A model generated the notes under the pieces. The model made no database searches. It saw nothing but the letters and a program-made list of their open reading frames with translations, and was not told where the DNA came from. The position numbers and the translations under genes were made by a program. This document shows, one piece after another, positions 34,256 to 43,286 of a DNA stretch of 43,286 bases. Source of the DNA: a virus (Duplodnaviria; Caudoviricetes). The stretch covers positions 1 through 43,286 of IMG/VR virus record IMGVR_UViG_3300036982_000428. The stretch is one strand, 5' to 3'. Numbering within the stretch: the stretch's first letter is position 1; each line of letters begins with the position of its first letter.

Positions 34256-36836
34256 TTTAGAATTTGATGCTGCATCATTTGAAGCACAGGTAGATTCTGC
34301 AATTGCAAAGATTGATGAACTTAATGCTTCACTTGAAGATGGTGCTGATGTTAGTGAGGTATTGACACAGGCACAGGAAGAATTGAATAATGTCCTGCAG
34401 ACCGAAGCTAAGACTACACAGCAACTAACACAAAAACGTGATGTCCTGGTTAAGACTGAAAAGAATCTTAATAAGGAATCACAGACAGGTGTTGCAGTAA
34501 ACAAACAACTTAATCAGACTAATAAGCAATTAGCTGTCAGTACAGGTGAAGTTGCAGCACAGCAAAAGAATCTTGGTGGACAATTAGTTCAAGGTGCCAG
34601 GAACATTAACAGCATGAAACGTGCTGTTGGTTTATTGCGTGGTGCATTTAATCTGTTAGGTGGGTTGAATCCATTTGGTTTAATCGCAACTGCTCTTCCT
34701 ACTGTAATAAGTTCAATAGGTAGTTTTTTTGGTAAGACAGAAGAAGCAACAGTAGCTGTTGATGCACTACAGAAAGAAACAGAATCTATTGTTGGAACAT
34801 ATCAACAAGAAACAGCCGGATTAGATAATTTATTTGGTGCATTAAATGAAGCTAACAAAGGTAGAGGTAATAAGGCTGAAATAATAAAAGAACTTAATAG
34901 ATTGTATGGTAGTTATCTTGGTAATATAAATTTAGAAACTGCTTCACAGGCTGAATTGGAAATTGCATACCGTAGAGTTGCAAGAGCCATTGCGGATCAG
35001 GCAGTTGAAAAAGAAAAAGCTAAATTATCTGCAGAAGTACAAGGTAAGATTCTTGAACGTACAATTAAATTCTATCAGGACATTACTGATCCATTAGCGG
35101 AAGCTACCAGGTTAATTGATGAACAGATTTCACAAGCAAAGTTTTTAGAGGGTGGTCCTGCATTAAGACAAATTTTGTTAGAAAGAAAAGCAATGCTTAA
35201 AACTAAAGAAGAAGCATTTAAAGTTATTGCTGAATTTGGTGCAAAAGGATTTTTAGATACTCCTGAAATTATTGCATTGACAGATAAATTAAAATTGATT
35301 GAAGCTGCTGCATCCGGTATAGGTATTGCATTATCTGAATCTGTTAAAGTAGATAAACTTACTGGAGAATTTAAACAGGCATCAGATAATATTTCAAAAA
35401 TAAATAAGGATAGAATTATTTCCGATAAAGATTATGAATTACAAAAGGAAAGAGAGTTTCTTGAAGAAGAACAAAAATTCAGAGAAGAAAATGACAAGTA
35501 TTTAAGAGATTTAGTAAATAAAAGATTGGAAGCTGAATATTTAAAATCAAAAGAATATAATCAAAAATTATTAGATGATGATGAAAAATATTTAAATGAT
35601 AAATCTCAAATAAGATTAGCTGTAATACAGACTGACTTAAATAATGAATTGATATTTATAGAAAAACAAAGACAGTTAGAATTACAGAATGCTGCAAATA
35701 CTATTACAGATCAAGAAAAGCTAAATCAAGAACTTGAATTTATAAATGAAAGATATGATGCACAACGTAGAAGAAAAGAAGTAGAATCTGCAAAGGAATC
35801 TGCAAAAGTACAATTACAAGTTTTAAAAGAATTATTTAAAGAAGCTATTGCATTAGGTCTTGATACAACTGATTTAAAAAAGAAAATATCTGATATTGAA
35901 TTACAGCTTACTGAATTAGATAAGGTAGATTATAAAATTGATATAAAGACAGGTACTGATACTGAAAAAACAAAGAAAGATATAAAAGAAATAAAAGATC
36001 AGGTATTTAGTTTAGTACAAGAGGGTTCTGATGCTGTATTTTCTGTTTTAAATGCACAGGTACAAGCATACATTGGAGCATTAGATAAAGCTGCAGACCG
36101 TTCACGTTCTACCCTGGATGAAATCAGACAGAATAGTGAGAATTTTAATGCAAGACAGTTAGAACTGGAGAAGCAAAGACTGGAAGAACTTGAACAGCAA
36201 AGGAGAGAAGCTGTTGAACGTGAAAAAGCAATTGCATTGATACAGTTGACAGTTAATGCTACATTAGCCATTGCCAAAGCAGCAGCAGAGGGTGGAGCAG
36301 CAGCACCATTTACTATTGCATCCACTATAATTGCATTGATAGCAGGTTTTGCACAGGCAAGATCAGCAGCAGGTAGTGCATTCTATGAGGGTTCAGAATA
36401 CATAGATAAAGAAAACAGATTTCCTGCAGGTAGAGATACAGTACCGGCAAGATTAAACAAAGGTGAGAGAGTTATTACAACAGATACTAATTCAAAATAT
36501 TGGGATGTCTTGACAGCAGTACACAATAAGAAAATACCTGCTGATGTTCTGAATGGATTTGCAAACAATTACATGAATGGTGGATTAAAAAATTCATTGT
36601 TAGGATTAGGTTCTGATGTAAATCTTAATTCTGAACTTGGTGGTAAGTCATTCTTCATCAATATGAATGCAGATAATAACAGACTTGAAAGCAGATTAGA
36701 AAGTATTGAAAATCTGTTATCTGATTTACCAAAGTATATGCCATCCACAACAGTAATGGCGAATGCAAACGGAATCTTCCAGGTAGTAGAAACAAGACAG
36801 AGAAAAGCTAATTTTAATCGTTCACGTTCAAAATAA
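34230..36836 (+). CDS. Tape measure protein
   Basis: 868 aa; helical/coiled-coil; NPFGLIA; Ala-rich segments; DTVPARLNKGERVI. Confidence 0.85.
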   Translation: MAEIKDVYSLEFDAASFEAQVDSAIAKIDELNASLEDGADVSEVLTQAQEELNNVLQTEAKTTQQLTQKRDVLVKTEKNLNKESQTGVAVNKQLNQTNKQLAVSTGEVAAQQKNLGGQLVQGARNINSMKRAVGLLRGAFNLLGGLNPFGLIATALPTVISSIGSFFGKTEEATVAVDALQKETESIVGTYQQETAGLDNLFGALNEANKGRGNKAEIIKELNRLYGSYLGNINLETASQAELEIAYRRVARAIADQAVEKEKAKLSAEVQGKILERTIKFYQDITDPLAEATRLIDEQISQAKFLEGGPALRQILLERKAMLKTKEEAFKVIAEFGAKGFLDTPEIIALTDKLKLIEAAASGIGIALSESVKVDKLTGEFKQASDNISKINKDRIISDKDYELQKEREFLEEEQKFREENDKYLRDLVNKRLEAEYLKSKEYNQKLLDDDEKYLNDKSQIRLAVIQTDLNNELIFIEKQRQLELQNAANTITDQEKLNQELEFINERYDAQRRRKEVESAKESAKVQLQVLKELFKEAIALGLDTTDLKKKISDIELQLTELDKVDYKIDIKTGTDTEKTKKDIKEIKDQVFSLVQEGSDAVFSVLNAQVQAYIGALDKAADRSRSTLDEIRQNSENFNARQLELEKQRLEELEQQRREAVEREKAIALIQLTVNATLAIAKAAAEGGAAAPFTIASTIIALIAGFAQARSAAGSAFYEGSEYIDKENRFPAGRDTVPARLNKGERVITTDTNSKYWDVLTAVHNKKIPADVLNGFANNYMNGGLKNSLLGLGSDVNLNSELGGKSFFINMNADNNRLESRLESIENLLSDLPKYMPSTTVMANANGIFQVVETRQRKANFNRSRSK

Positions 36837-36842
36837 AATACT

Positions 36843-37010
36843 ATGCCATTAAAGAAATGTTTAACCGGTGATCAGAAATGTATATCTGACAATATCAGAA
36901 TGCTTATTGACGAGGGTAGACCACAAGAACAGGCTGTTGCCATTGCTTTGTCTGATGCTGCAAACAATATGAAAGTAAAAAACAAAATGAAAAAGGATGG
37001 GAAGAAATAA
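36843..37010 (+). CDS. Small conserved phage protein (55 aa), not in ORF track
   Basis: MPLKKC...ISDNIRMLIDEGRPQEQAVAIAL. Confidence 0.75.
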   Translation: MPLKKCLTGDQKCISDNIRMLIDEGRPQEQAVAIALSDAANNMKVKNKMKKDGKK

Positions 37011-37257
37011 CATCTTAATTATCATTGGTGCTGTTTTTATATTGAGTGTTATCTATGTTGTTTGGAAACAGACATCAGTAGTTAATGACATATTTAAGCA
37101 GCATAGAGATCAGCTACAGAATGAAATTAAAGCTATCCAGGAAGAAAGAAAGAATCTGAAGAAGACTATTGACAGTCTTGACATTAGAATAAGCATAGAG
37201 CAGAAAGATTTATTAAATGACATTGATGATATTTTAAAGAAGTATGGTAAGAAATAG
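36997..37257 (+). CDS. N-terminal TM coiled-coil protein (spanin-like candidate)
   Basis: Single TM followed by heptad-rich segment. Confidence 0.5.
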   Translation: MGRNNILIIIGAVFILSVIYVVWKQTSVVNDIFKQHRDQLQNEIKAIQEERKNLKKTIDSLDIRISIEQKDLLNDIDDILKKYGKK

Positions 37258-37579
37258 TCTGATAATTATATTTATTTTTGCTTATTCTATGTTATTTGCA
37301 CAAAATGATTTAGATAAATGCTTAAATTTGTTGCAGCGTTCTGAAAAATTTATTCTGAAACAAGACAGTCTGATAAAAATGCTTAAAGATGATATAAGAC
37401 TTGGAGATATGGAGAATGCTGTAATGAGAAAGAAGTATGAAAATTCTGAAATAACAATGAGATATTTAAACATTGAATTGAAGAAAGAGATTAAGCATAA
37501 AAAGATTTGGCAAATTATTGGAATAACCGGATTGACTGCATTTTTGACTACAACTGTATTATATATTACTAAACCATGA
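37244..37579 (+). CDS. Signal peptide, coiled coil and C-terminal hydrophobic segment (spanin-like candidate)
   Basis: LFA|Q signal; C-terminal WQIIGITGLTAFLTTTVLYI. Confidence 0.5.
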   Translation: MVRNSLIIIFIFAYSMLFAQNDLDKCLNLLQRSEKFILKQDSLIKMLKDDIRLGDMENAVMRKKYENSEITMRYLNIELKKEIKHKKIWQIIGITGLTAFLTTTVLYITKP

Positions 37580-39252
37580 ATAACTTAGAGATATACTTTG
37601 ACGGTATCTTACAGAACATCAATGACTTTGATGGTACTGAAAGTGTATCTTTTGTTTACCGGAAGAAAACTGATGGCGGTGAATCTGCATTCAGCTTTTC
37701 TCCTGAATTAACTGTTCGTGGTGCAGCCTATGATTATTTGGTACAGGAGATCATAAATAAACCTAATCCGAAACTGGAGAATATCAAGGTTCTTGTTTAT
37801 GATTTGTGCTGTTTAGATTTATCCGGTAATCCAAGACAAGTTTTTGATGGATTGATTGAGGGTGCAGATGTTAGATGGTGTTTAATTCCATTCTGTGAAG
37901 CAACAGTAACTGTGATTGATGATACTCCTGATGCACAGTCTGTAAAGTGTTTGAAAAATATATTTCCTGGTCAAAGATTTGCTACAAGACAATTAAGAAC
38001 TGATGGATTTGATGAATTTAGAATTGCACCTGATATTATTTATTGTGATGATATAAAACCAAGGTCAACACATGAAGCATCAATGGTATTAGGTATTGTA
38101 TTTTTTATAATATTAGGACCAATTATAGCTTTAATAAATTTGTTAAGTTTTTTAGGTGGTGATCCATCTAATTACATAAATGATTTAGGTAGGTTAATTA
38201 CTTCATGTGGCAATAGGCACATGGCACCATATATCCATTCACAATTATTCAATATGTGTAAAATATGTGGACTTGGTTTAGAAAGCAGTTTATTTGAACC
38301 AGGTGGATATTATCATGATACTGTTAGATTGGATGCTGCTTATTTTCCAGGTACTTCAATTGCAACAGAATTGATATATACAAATAGGAATCAGCCTAAT
38401 CTTAATGGCATTCAGTTTTTAGATGAATTTAAACAATTCAATATAGATTGGAGAGTTGTGAATGGTGTTCTTCAAGTAGAAAGAAAAGATTTCTTTTCCG
38501 GTGGATTATGGTTTGATGCAACATTACTTCCAACAAATAATGTTTTGTCTTTATGTGTAGAAGCAACAGATTTAAAACCTGCTGCCTATGCTGAATATGA
38601 GTATGGCAAAGATGGACTTGATTTATCCGGTGATGAAGTTTCACCATTATGGACTGATAGAGTTATTGATTGGAATATTCCAACAAATCCGGTACAGGTA
38701 GGATTATTTTCAAAAAAACTTACTTATAGTGCTGCTCAATTTAGATATGATACTAATAGATTTGAAGCATTACCTATTGATATGCCTGGTTATGTATTTT
38801 TCTATCCAGTATTACAAGAATATGAAAATGATTCAGCATTAGTATTATCACAAGGATTAAGTAATTTTCCTAAATTATTAGATGTTGAATATATAATTGT
38901 AAACGGTAACAGAACAAGACAAAACAGAGGTATAGGTGTAGTAAGAAAACAATCTGTATCAGGTTCTAATCTAAGAGCATATAATGTAAGATGGTGGATT
39001 AAGGAACAGCCTTATGTAGATGCTACAAGTGTTAGTCATGATACAGCATATCAAAGATTATTCTGTATTGATGATCCAAGAAACAATTCAATAAAAATCC
39101 GTAAATTTACGCTGTCAGTTACAGCAGATTGTAATTTAGTGCGTGGTATAGCAGTTGATACATTTGTGAGAATGTCAATAGGTGATGGTCAGGTAGAAGA
39201 AATCACATACGATACTTCAAATAATTCTTTAACAATAGTCGGAAAAGTTTAA
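37576..39252 (+). CDS. Tail tip / hub protein
   Basis: 558 aa downstream of tape measure; internal hydrophobic helix. Confidence 0.55.
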   Translation: MNNLEIYFDGILQNINDFDGTESVSFVYRKKTDGGESAFSFSPELTVRGAAYDYLVQEIINKPNPKLENIKVLVYDLCCLDLSGNPRQVFDGLIEGADVRWCLIPFCEATVTVIDDTPDAQSVKCLKNIFPGQRFATRQLRTDGFDEFRIAPDIIYCDDIKPRSTHEASMVLGIVFFIILGPIIALINLLSFLGGDPSNYINDLGRLITSCGNRHMAPYIHSQLFNMCKICGLGLESSLFEPGGYYHDTVRLDAAYFPGTSIATELIYTNRNQPNLNGIQFLDEFKQFNIDWRVVNGVLQVERKDFFSGGLWFDATLLPTNNVLSLCVEATDLKPAAYAEYEYGKDGLDLSGDEVSPLWTDRVIDWNIPTNPVQVGLFSKKLTYSAAQFRYDTNRFEALPIDMPGYVFFYPVLQEYENDSALVLSQGLSNFPKLLDVEYIIVNGNRTRQNRGIGVVRKQSVSGSNLRAYNVRWWIKEQPYVDATSVSHDTAYQRLFCIDDPRNNSIKIRKFTLSVTADCNLVRGIAVDTFVRMSIGDGQVEEITYDTSNNSLTIVGKV

Positions 39253-41723
39253 TGGCATACAATTTTAATAACATAACATTTGAGAGCATAGATAGTACAG
39301 GCAATACTTTAATGACTGCCTTGACTTTCACAGCTACAACTATTCCTGCATTAACACAATACATGGCTATTGGTAACAGAGTTAGATTAACTTTGACTGT
39401 TGATGCTTCCGGTGGAGATAACTTCACTAATAAATGTATGAGAATAAATTTAGGTTTATTTGTTACTAACAATGATGGATTTGCTTTTCAATTTGGATTT
39501 GATTCTACAGTTTTTTTAACTACTACTCCAGTCTTATGTAGTTTTGTTGTTGGTACTGATCCACAGGCACCAACAAGACATAATTTTTTAGCTACAATGG
39601 TAAGAGATGTAGCAAGTACAGAAGCAACAGTTATAATAGAATTTTTTGTTACTACTGATTTATTAAATTATGTTTTAAGTAGTTTTAGTGTAAGCAATGA
39701 AAGAAGATTTTTAGCGAATGAATTGAATACTAATTTTTATCCTTTATTTAATAGGACACCATCAGTTTATAGATTAGGTAGTAACATTGGTGTTGTTGGT
39801 CAGGTATATGATTTTGGCACATTTTTAAGTAATATTTTAAATGGTGCAGCTTCAAGATTTATGATGATACCTGTTCAAAATAGGTGGTATAATTCAAATT
39901 ATACTGGTACTACTGGTTCAATGAGATACATAAAAGAGATTGAAGTAACATGTCCATCACAAGTTGCTTTAAGTTTAGCATCCATCACAGACATTACAGC
40001 TACAGGTCCACAAGGATTTTCAAGTTCAACAGATTCAGCTTTTACAATAATCACTAATCAATTGTCTTTAAATGAAGATAATAGCATAAGAATATTGATG
40101 TCAGGATTAGCAAATGTACCTGGTCCTAATCCACCTGTAACCGGAATAAAAGCAATGCTGATCAGATTAGATAGCATATCCAATACACAGGATATGTTTG
40201 TAGATTTAGAGATGTCTGATGTTGAGATTCCACAGGGTATTGTTGCTCCTGCATTATTAGATGGTAAAATTTATACACCATCAGATTGGTTTGAGAATGT
40301 TCCTAATCCGGATGATGTAGAAGTACAATTTGTTATCAATGGTTCTTTGCTTACACCAAATGGAAGATACAGAGTTATAATAAATGTTTATGACAATGCT
40401 AATCAGGATTATGTTACTGCACATATTACTCCTGAATTAGTTGCTACTTATGTTGAGCCTATTGTACCTACCATTACTGGTTACATGTCTGTTTATAACA
40501 AAGAGTTTTCCGGTAATGAATTAACTGTAAGTCCACATCAGAGAGTAAAGGCTACAATTGAAATAGATAAGACCAGTTACAATGCACAATTGACAGCATT
40601 GGGTATTACCGGTGCTTTTGATGGTTCTTTGTTTAATGTGAACTGTTCTTTGACAGCAAGACCAAACGCTTTCACCCCAACACAAGGGTATTTTGCAAAT
40701 ACACTTACACCACCTTTGAATAATGAAATATTGACTTCAAACATGGTTAAGAAAACTGATAGTGCAACAACATTAAGACTTGAAGCATTATTCAGGATTG
40801 AAGAAGAATATGCAAATACTAATAACATATTTACCTGGACATTAAATTTTAATCAGCCTACATTTGTTATTGGTCAGACTACATTCAACAGAATTATCTT
40901 TGAACAAAAATTAGATGTTACAGATTTTGAAAATGATGTCTTTACACCAAAATTATTAGCTGTTAGGTTCTTTGATGCTGATTTATATCCTGCTTCAAAG
41001 GTACCTGTTTTAAATATCTGCAACAAACGTTATTTAGTTGCAGAAGTAGAGAAAGATCCAACATTAACAGGCACAATTAACCTGGTTGCTACAATCTATC
41101 CGGCTAACAGTTCAGGAGCAACAACAAGTAGTGCAATTGAAGAAGAAGAAGATTGGGTACCATTCCAAATACAGATGGCACAAGAATTTAGCGGTAAATT
41201 AGATTCTGTTGAAACATCATTTGGTTCTGATGACTTTGCATCTTTTGTTATTAACGTGAATCAGTTAACACTTGGGCAGGAATATTGGGTAACTGCAATT
41301 GCATTTCAAACAGATCCTGACTATTGTCCAATAGGTCTGATAAATGATATTAAAATTGACACAATTAACTTTGTTGGTGGTTGGAATATAACAGTTGACT
41401 TAGGATTTTTGATAACTGAAATATTAGCACATCCGGATTATGTTGGTGGTATTAACAAAGCAAGATATAGAGTTATTGATCCACCTACAAATGTATTAGT
41501 AGGAACATCACAAGCAATAGTTGGTAGTGTTTTAAATGTATTAAATATCCGTTCAAGTTTGCCATCAGTTTTATTGCAGGTACAAGTTGATGCTGATTTT
41601 GACCCTGGTACCGGACCACATACAGTTAGGCATGAATTAAATTTGGTAATAAATTTACCTGCTTATGGTCCAGTTACTACTAATTTAGATACAAATAGTT
41701 ATATTTGCATTGACTTAGGCTAA
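39252..41723 (+). CDS. Large beta-rich tail protein
   Basis: 823 aa; Thr/Val/Asn-rich. Confidence 0.55.
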   Translation: MAYNFNNITFESIDSTGNTLMTALTFTATTIPALTQYMAIGNRVRLTLTVDASGGDNFTNKCMRINLGLFVTNNDGFAFQFGFDSTVFLTTTPVLCSFVVGTDPQAPTRHNFLATMVRDVASTEATVIIEFFVTTDLLNYVLSSFSVSNERRFLANELNTNFYPLFNRTPSVYRLGSNIGVVGQVYDFGTFLSNILNGAASRFMMIPVQNRWYNSNYTGTTGSMRYIKEIEVTCPSQVALSLASITDITATGPQGFSSSTDSAFTIITNQLSLNEDNSIRILMSGLANVPGPNPPVTGIKAMLIRLDSISNTQDMFVDLEMSDVEIPQGIVAPALLDGKIYTPSDWFENVPNPDDVEVQFVINGSLLTPNGRYRVIINVYDNANQDYVTAHITPELVATYVEPIVPTITGYMSVYNKEFSGNELTVSPHQRVKATIEIDKTSYNAQLTALGITGAFDGSLFNVNCSLTARPNAFTPTQGYFANTLTPPLNNEILTSNMVKKTDSATTLRLEALFRIEEEYANTNNIFTWTLNFNQPTFVIGQTTFNRIIFEQKLDVTDFENDVFTPKLLAVRFFDADLYPASKVPVLNICNKRYLVAEVEKDPTLTGTINLVATIYPANSSGATTSSAIEEEEDWVPFQIQMAQEFSGKLDSVETSFGSDDFASFVINVNQLTLGQEYWVTAIAFQTDPDYCPIGLINDIKIDTINFVGGWNITVDLGFLITEILAHPDYVGGINKARYRVIDPPTNVLVGTSQAIVGSVLNVLNIRSSLPSVLLQVQVDADFDPGTGPHTVRHELNLVINLPAYGPVTTNLDTNSYICIDLG

Positions 41724-41732
41724 AAAAATATT

Positions 41733-42683
41733 ATGGATATAACTTATAATGTTTCATATACTCCGGAGAATAGTTTAACGTATAGTTTCAGACAGCCTGT
41801 TCCTATACGTTATGTCTGTCCACCATTACCACCTGAATTTATCTTTGAACCAGGTGATGCCTGGAATTGTAATTTGTGTGGTAGTGATGTTGAGTTTTAT
41901 GCACCTTATTTGCGTGGTGACATTATTCCATTCCAGACTGGATTTGTAGATGAATTTAATCAGCCTAATGATATTTTAACTGCAGGATTTTTTAATAGTG
42001 TTGGTAGTGATTATTACATTAAGGTTAGCTTGTTAGATTGCTGTGATGTTTTGATTAGTGATGAAATAGATGTATTTTCTGAATCTTGGTGGGTAGGTCA
42101 TAGTGTTGGAACTGGTAGTCTTCAAACTTGGTTTGTTAATACAGGTTTATTTCCTACTGACTTGACATGTTGGAGATTACAGATAGAGATATTTAAAAGA
42201 GATGAAGAGGGTGATCCGGTAACAGATACAATTGTATATACACAATTCTTTAAAGAGATACCTGAATGTGGTTTTACACAGTCTGCTTTAATTGAATCTA
42301 CTTATGCTGATTTTGATTGTAACGGAAACTATTATGGTACTTTACAAAACTATTTAGGTCCTACAAATACTCCATACTTTAACAGTATGAGAATATGGGG
42401 AGAGCTTGAATGGATAGGCAGTTCAGAATCTGCTACTTTGAATGATAGAAATGTAGTTGTTAATAAGACAATTACTGAAAATTATAAAATTATTTCCGGT
42501 GTATATCCACCATACTTCATCAGAAAACTTGATCAAACGGTGAGAGGTAATCAGGTTACTGTTGATGGTGATGTGTATCAGAATTTTGATTATGACCAAA
42601 AGAGTGATGAATCCAGGATGTTTGCTATTGACTTGACATTTGATAAGAAATGTTTATTAGATAACAATCGCTGCGACATCTAA
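41733..42683 (+). CDS. Tail structural protein, Cys-rich
   Basis: 316 aa between tail tip genes and tail tube gene. Confidence 0.55.
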   Translation: MDITYNVSYTPENSLTYSFRQPVPIRYVCPPLPPEFIFEPGDAWNCNLCGSDVEFYAPYLRGDIIPFQTGFVDEFNQPNDILTAGFFNSVGSDYYIKVSLLDCCDVLISDEIDVFSESWWVGHSVGTGSLQTWFVNTGLFPTDLTCWRLQIEIFKRDEEGDPVTDTIVYTQFFKEIPECGFTQSALIESTYADFDCNGNYYGTLQNYLGPTNTPYFNSMRIWGELEWIGSSESATLNDRNVVVNKTITENYKIISGVYPPYFIRKLDQTVRGNQVTVDGDVYQNFDYDQKSDESRMFAIDLTFDKKCLLDNNRCDI

Positions 42684-42739
42684 AGGTGAGAGGGTTTGCT
42701 GACAGATAGCAAATTTTGTTGATTTTAAATTTATTAAAA

Positions 42740-43286
42740 ATGAATTACGATTTTATTAAAATAATCACAGGTGTATTTGGACAATGCCCACCATGTATTG
42801 ATACGGACAATGTACCAAACTACCTTTGTGATCCATGTGATACTACTGTTTATTCAGGTGGTATTGCAGGATGGGTTGCAAAAAAATGTAAATATACTTT
42901 TGATGACATTACAGATTCTGCTGAATGGTCTGATGCTATTGAAGCTAAAGATGTTTTCGGAAGAATAAATGGTTCAAGAATCAGCGGTGGTTTAACTGCT
43001 CCTGACTTCACTACTAAGAAACGTGGTAGTTGCGGACAGGAAGAGATTGTTAAGCAATCAAGAACTGTTACTTTGACTGATGCTGAAAACGATGCTGATT
43101 TTTCTGTTGATGAAATGTATAATTTCTTAGCTGTTCCTGCAAAGTATTCCGGTTATGAATTTGGTTTTGTAACTTGTGATGGTCGCTTTCTTGGATGGTA
43201 TGAGAATGTAGCTGTAAGAGCATTCTATCAGATTGCTGAAACAGATGAAGATGATTCATACTGGACTGCAGAATTTAGATTTAATG
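42740..43286 (+). CDS. 5' part of major tail protein (continues at window start)
   Basis: ATG 42740 MNYDFIKIITGVFGQCPPC..., open to the window end and in frame with 2..649. Confidence 0.8.
   Translation, partial: MNYDFIKIITGVFGQCPPCIDTDNVPNYLCDPCDTTVYSGGIAGWVAKKCKYTFDDITDSAEWSDAIEAKDVFGRINGSRISGGLTAPDFTTKKRGSCGQEEIVKQSRTVTLTDAENDADFSVDEMYNFLAVPAKYSGYEFGFVTCDGRFLGWYENVAVRAFYQIAETDEDDSYWTAEFRFN
42967..43286. repeat. Right copy of 320-bp terminal overlap
   Basis: Matches 1-320 with 4 substitutions. Confidence 0.97.

Noticed and set aside
1-43286. Stop-codon recoding, DGR/retron or lysogeny module
   Set aside because: Code 11 gives dense intact ORFs; no reverse transcriptase, template/variable repeat pair, integrase or repressor recognised

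Overview
The window looks like one complete, circularly overlapping tailed dsDNA phage genome (unit length about 42,966 bp; 42967-43286 repeats 1-320 with 4 synonymous mismatches). It is AT-rich, probably a siphovirus, and probably infects a Bacteroidota/Flavobacteria host, judging by repeated TAnnTTTG promoter elements, SD-less A-rich leaders, a BT4734-like primase and a DUF3127 SSB. The + strand carries packaging and virion genes in an unusual order: terS, terL, tail chaperone with -1 frameshift, tape measure, tail tip, tail tube (across the origin), portal, minor head, scaffold, [inverted accessory cassette], major capsid, connectors, fibre-like genes, holin. The - strand carries replication and accessory genes: SF2 helicase, HNH, VRR-NUC, primase-helicase, C5 methyltransferase, CoiA-like nuclease, ThyX, MazG-like, DUF3310 and three peptidoglycan hydrolases. 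No integrase, repressor, tRNA or CRISPR array was recognised. The main leads are: (1) short promoter/terminator-bounded RNAs that are antisense to translation-start regions of other phage genes; (2) a stand-alone class IIb aaRS catalytic domain (AsnRS-like) in an inverted cassette between scaffold and capsid; (3) a roughly 250-nt intergenic region with two candidate pseudoknots; (4) Cys-rich virion proteins, including a DnaJ-type Zn finger in the portal; (5) two U-run slippery sites; (6) CCGG/CCWGG enrichment that is absent from apparently recent modules. All family calls are by-eye motif recognition; no database searches were run.
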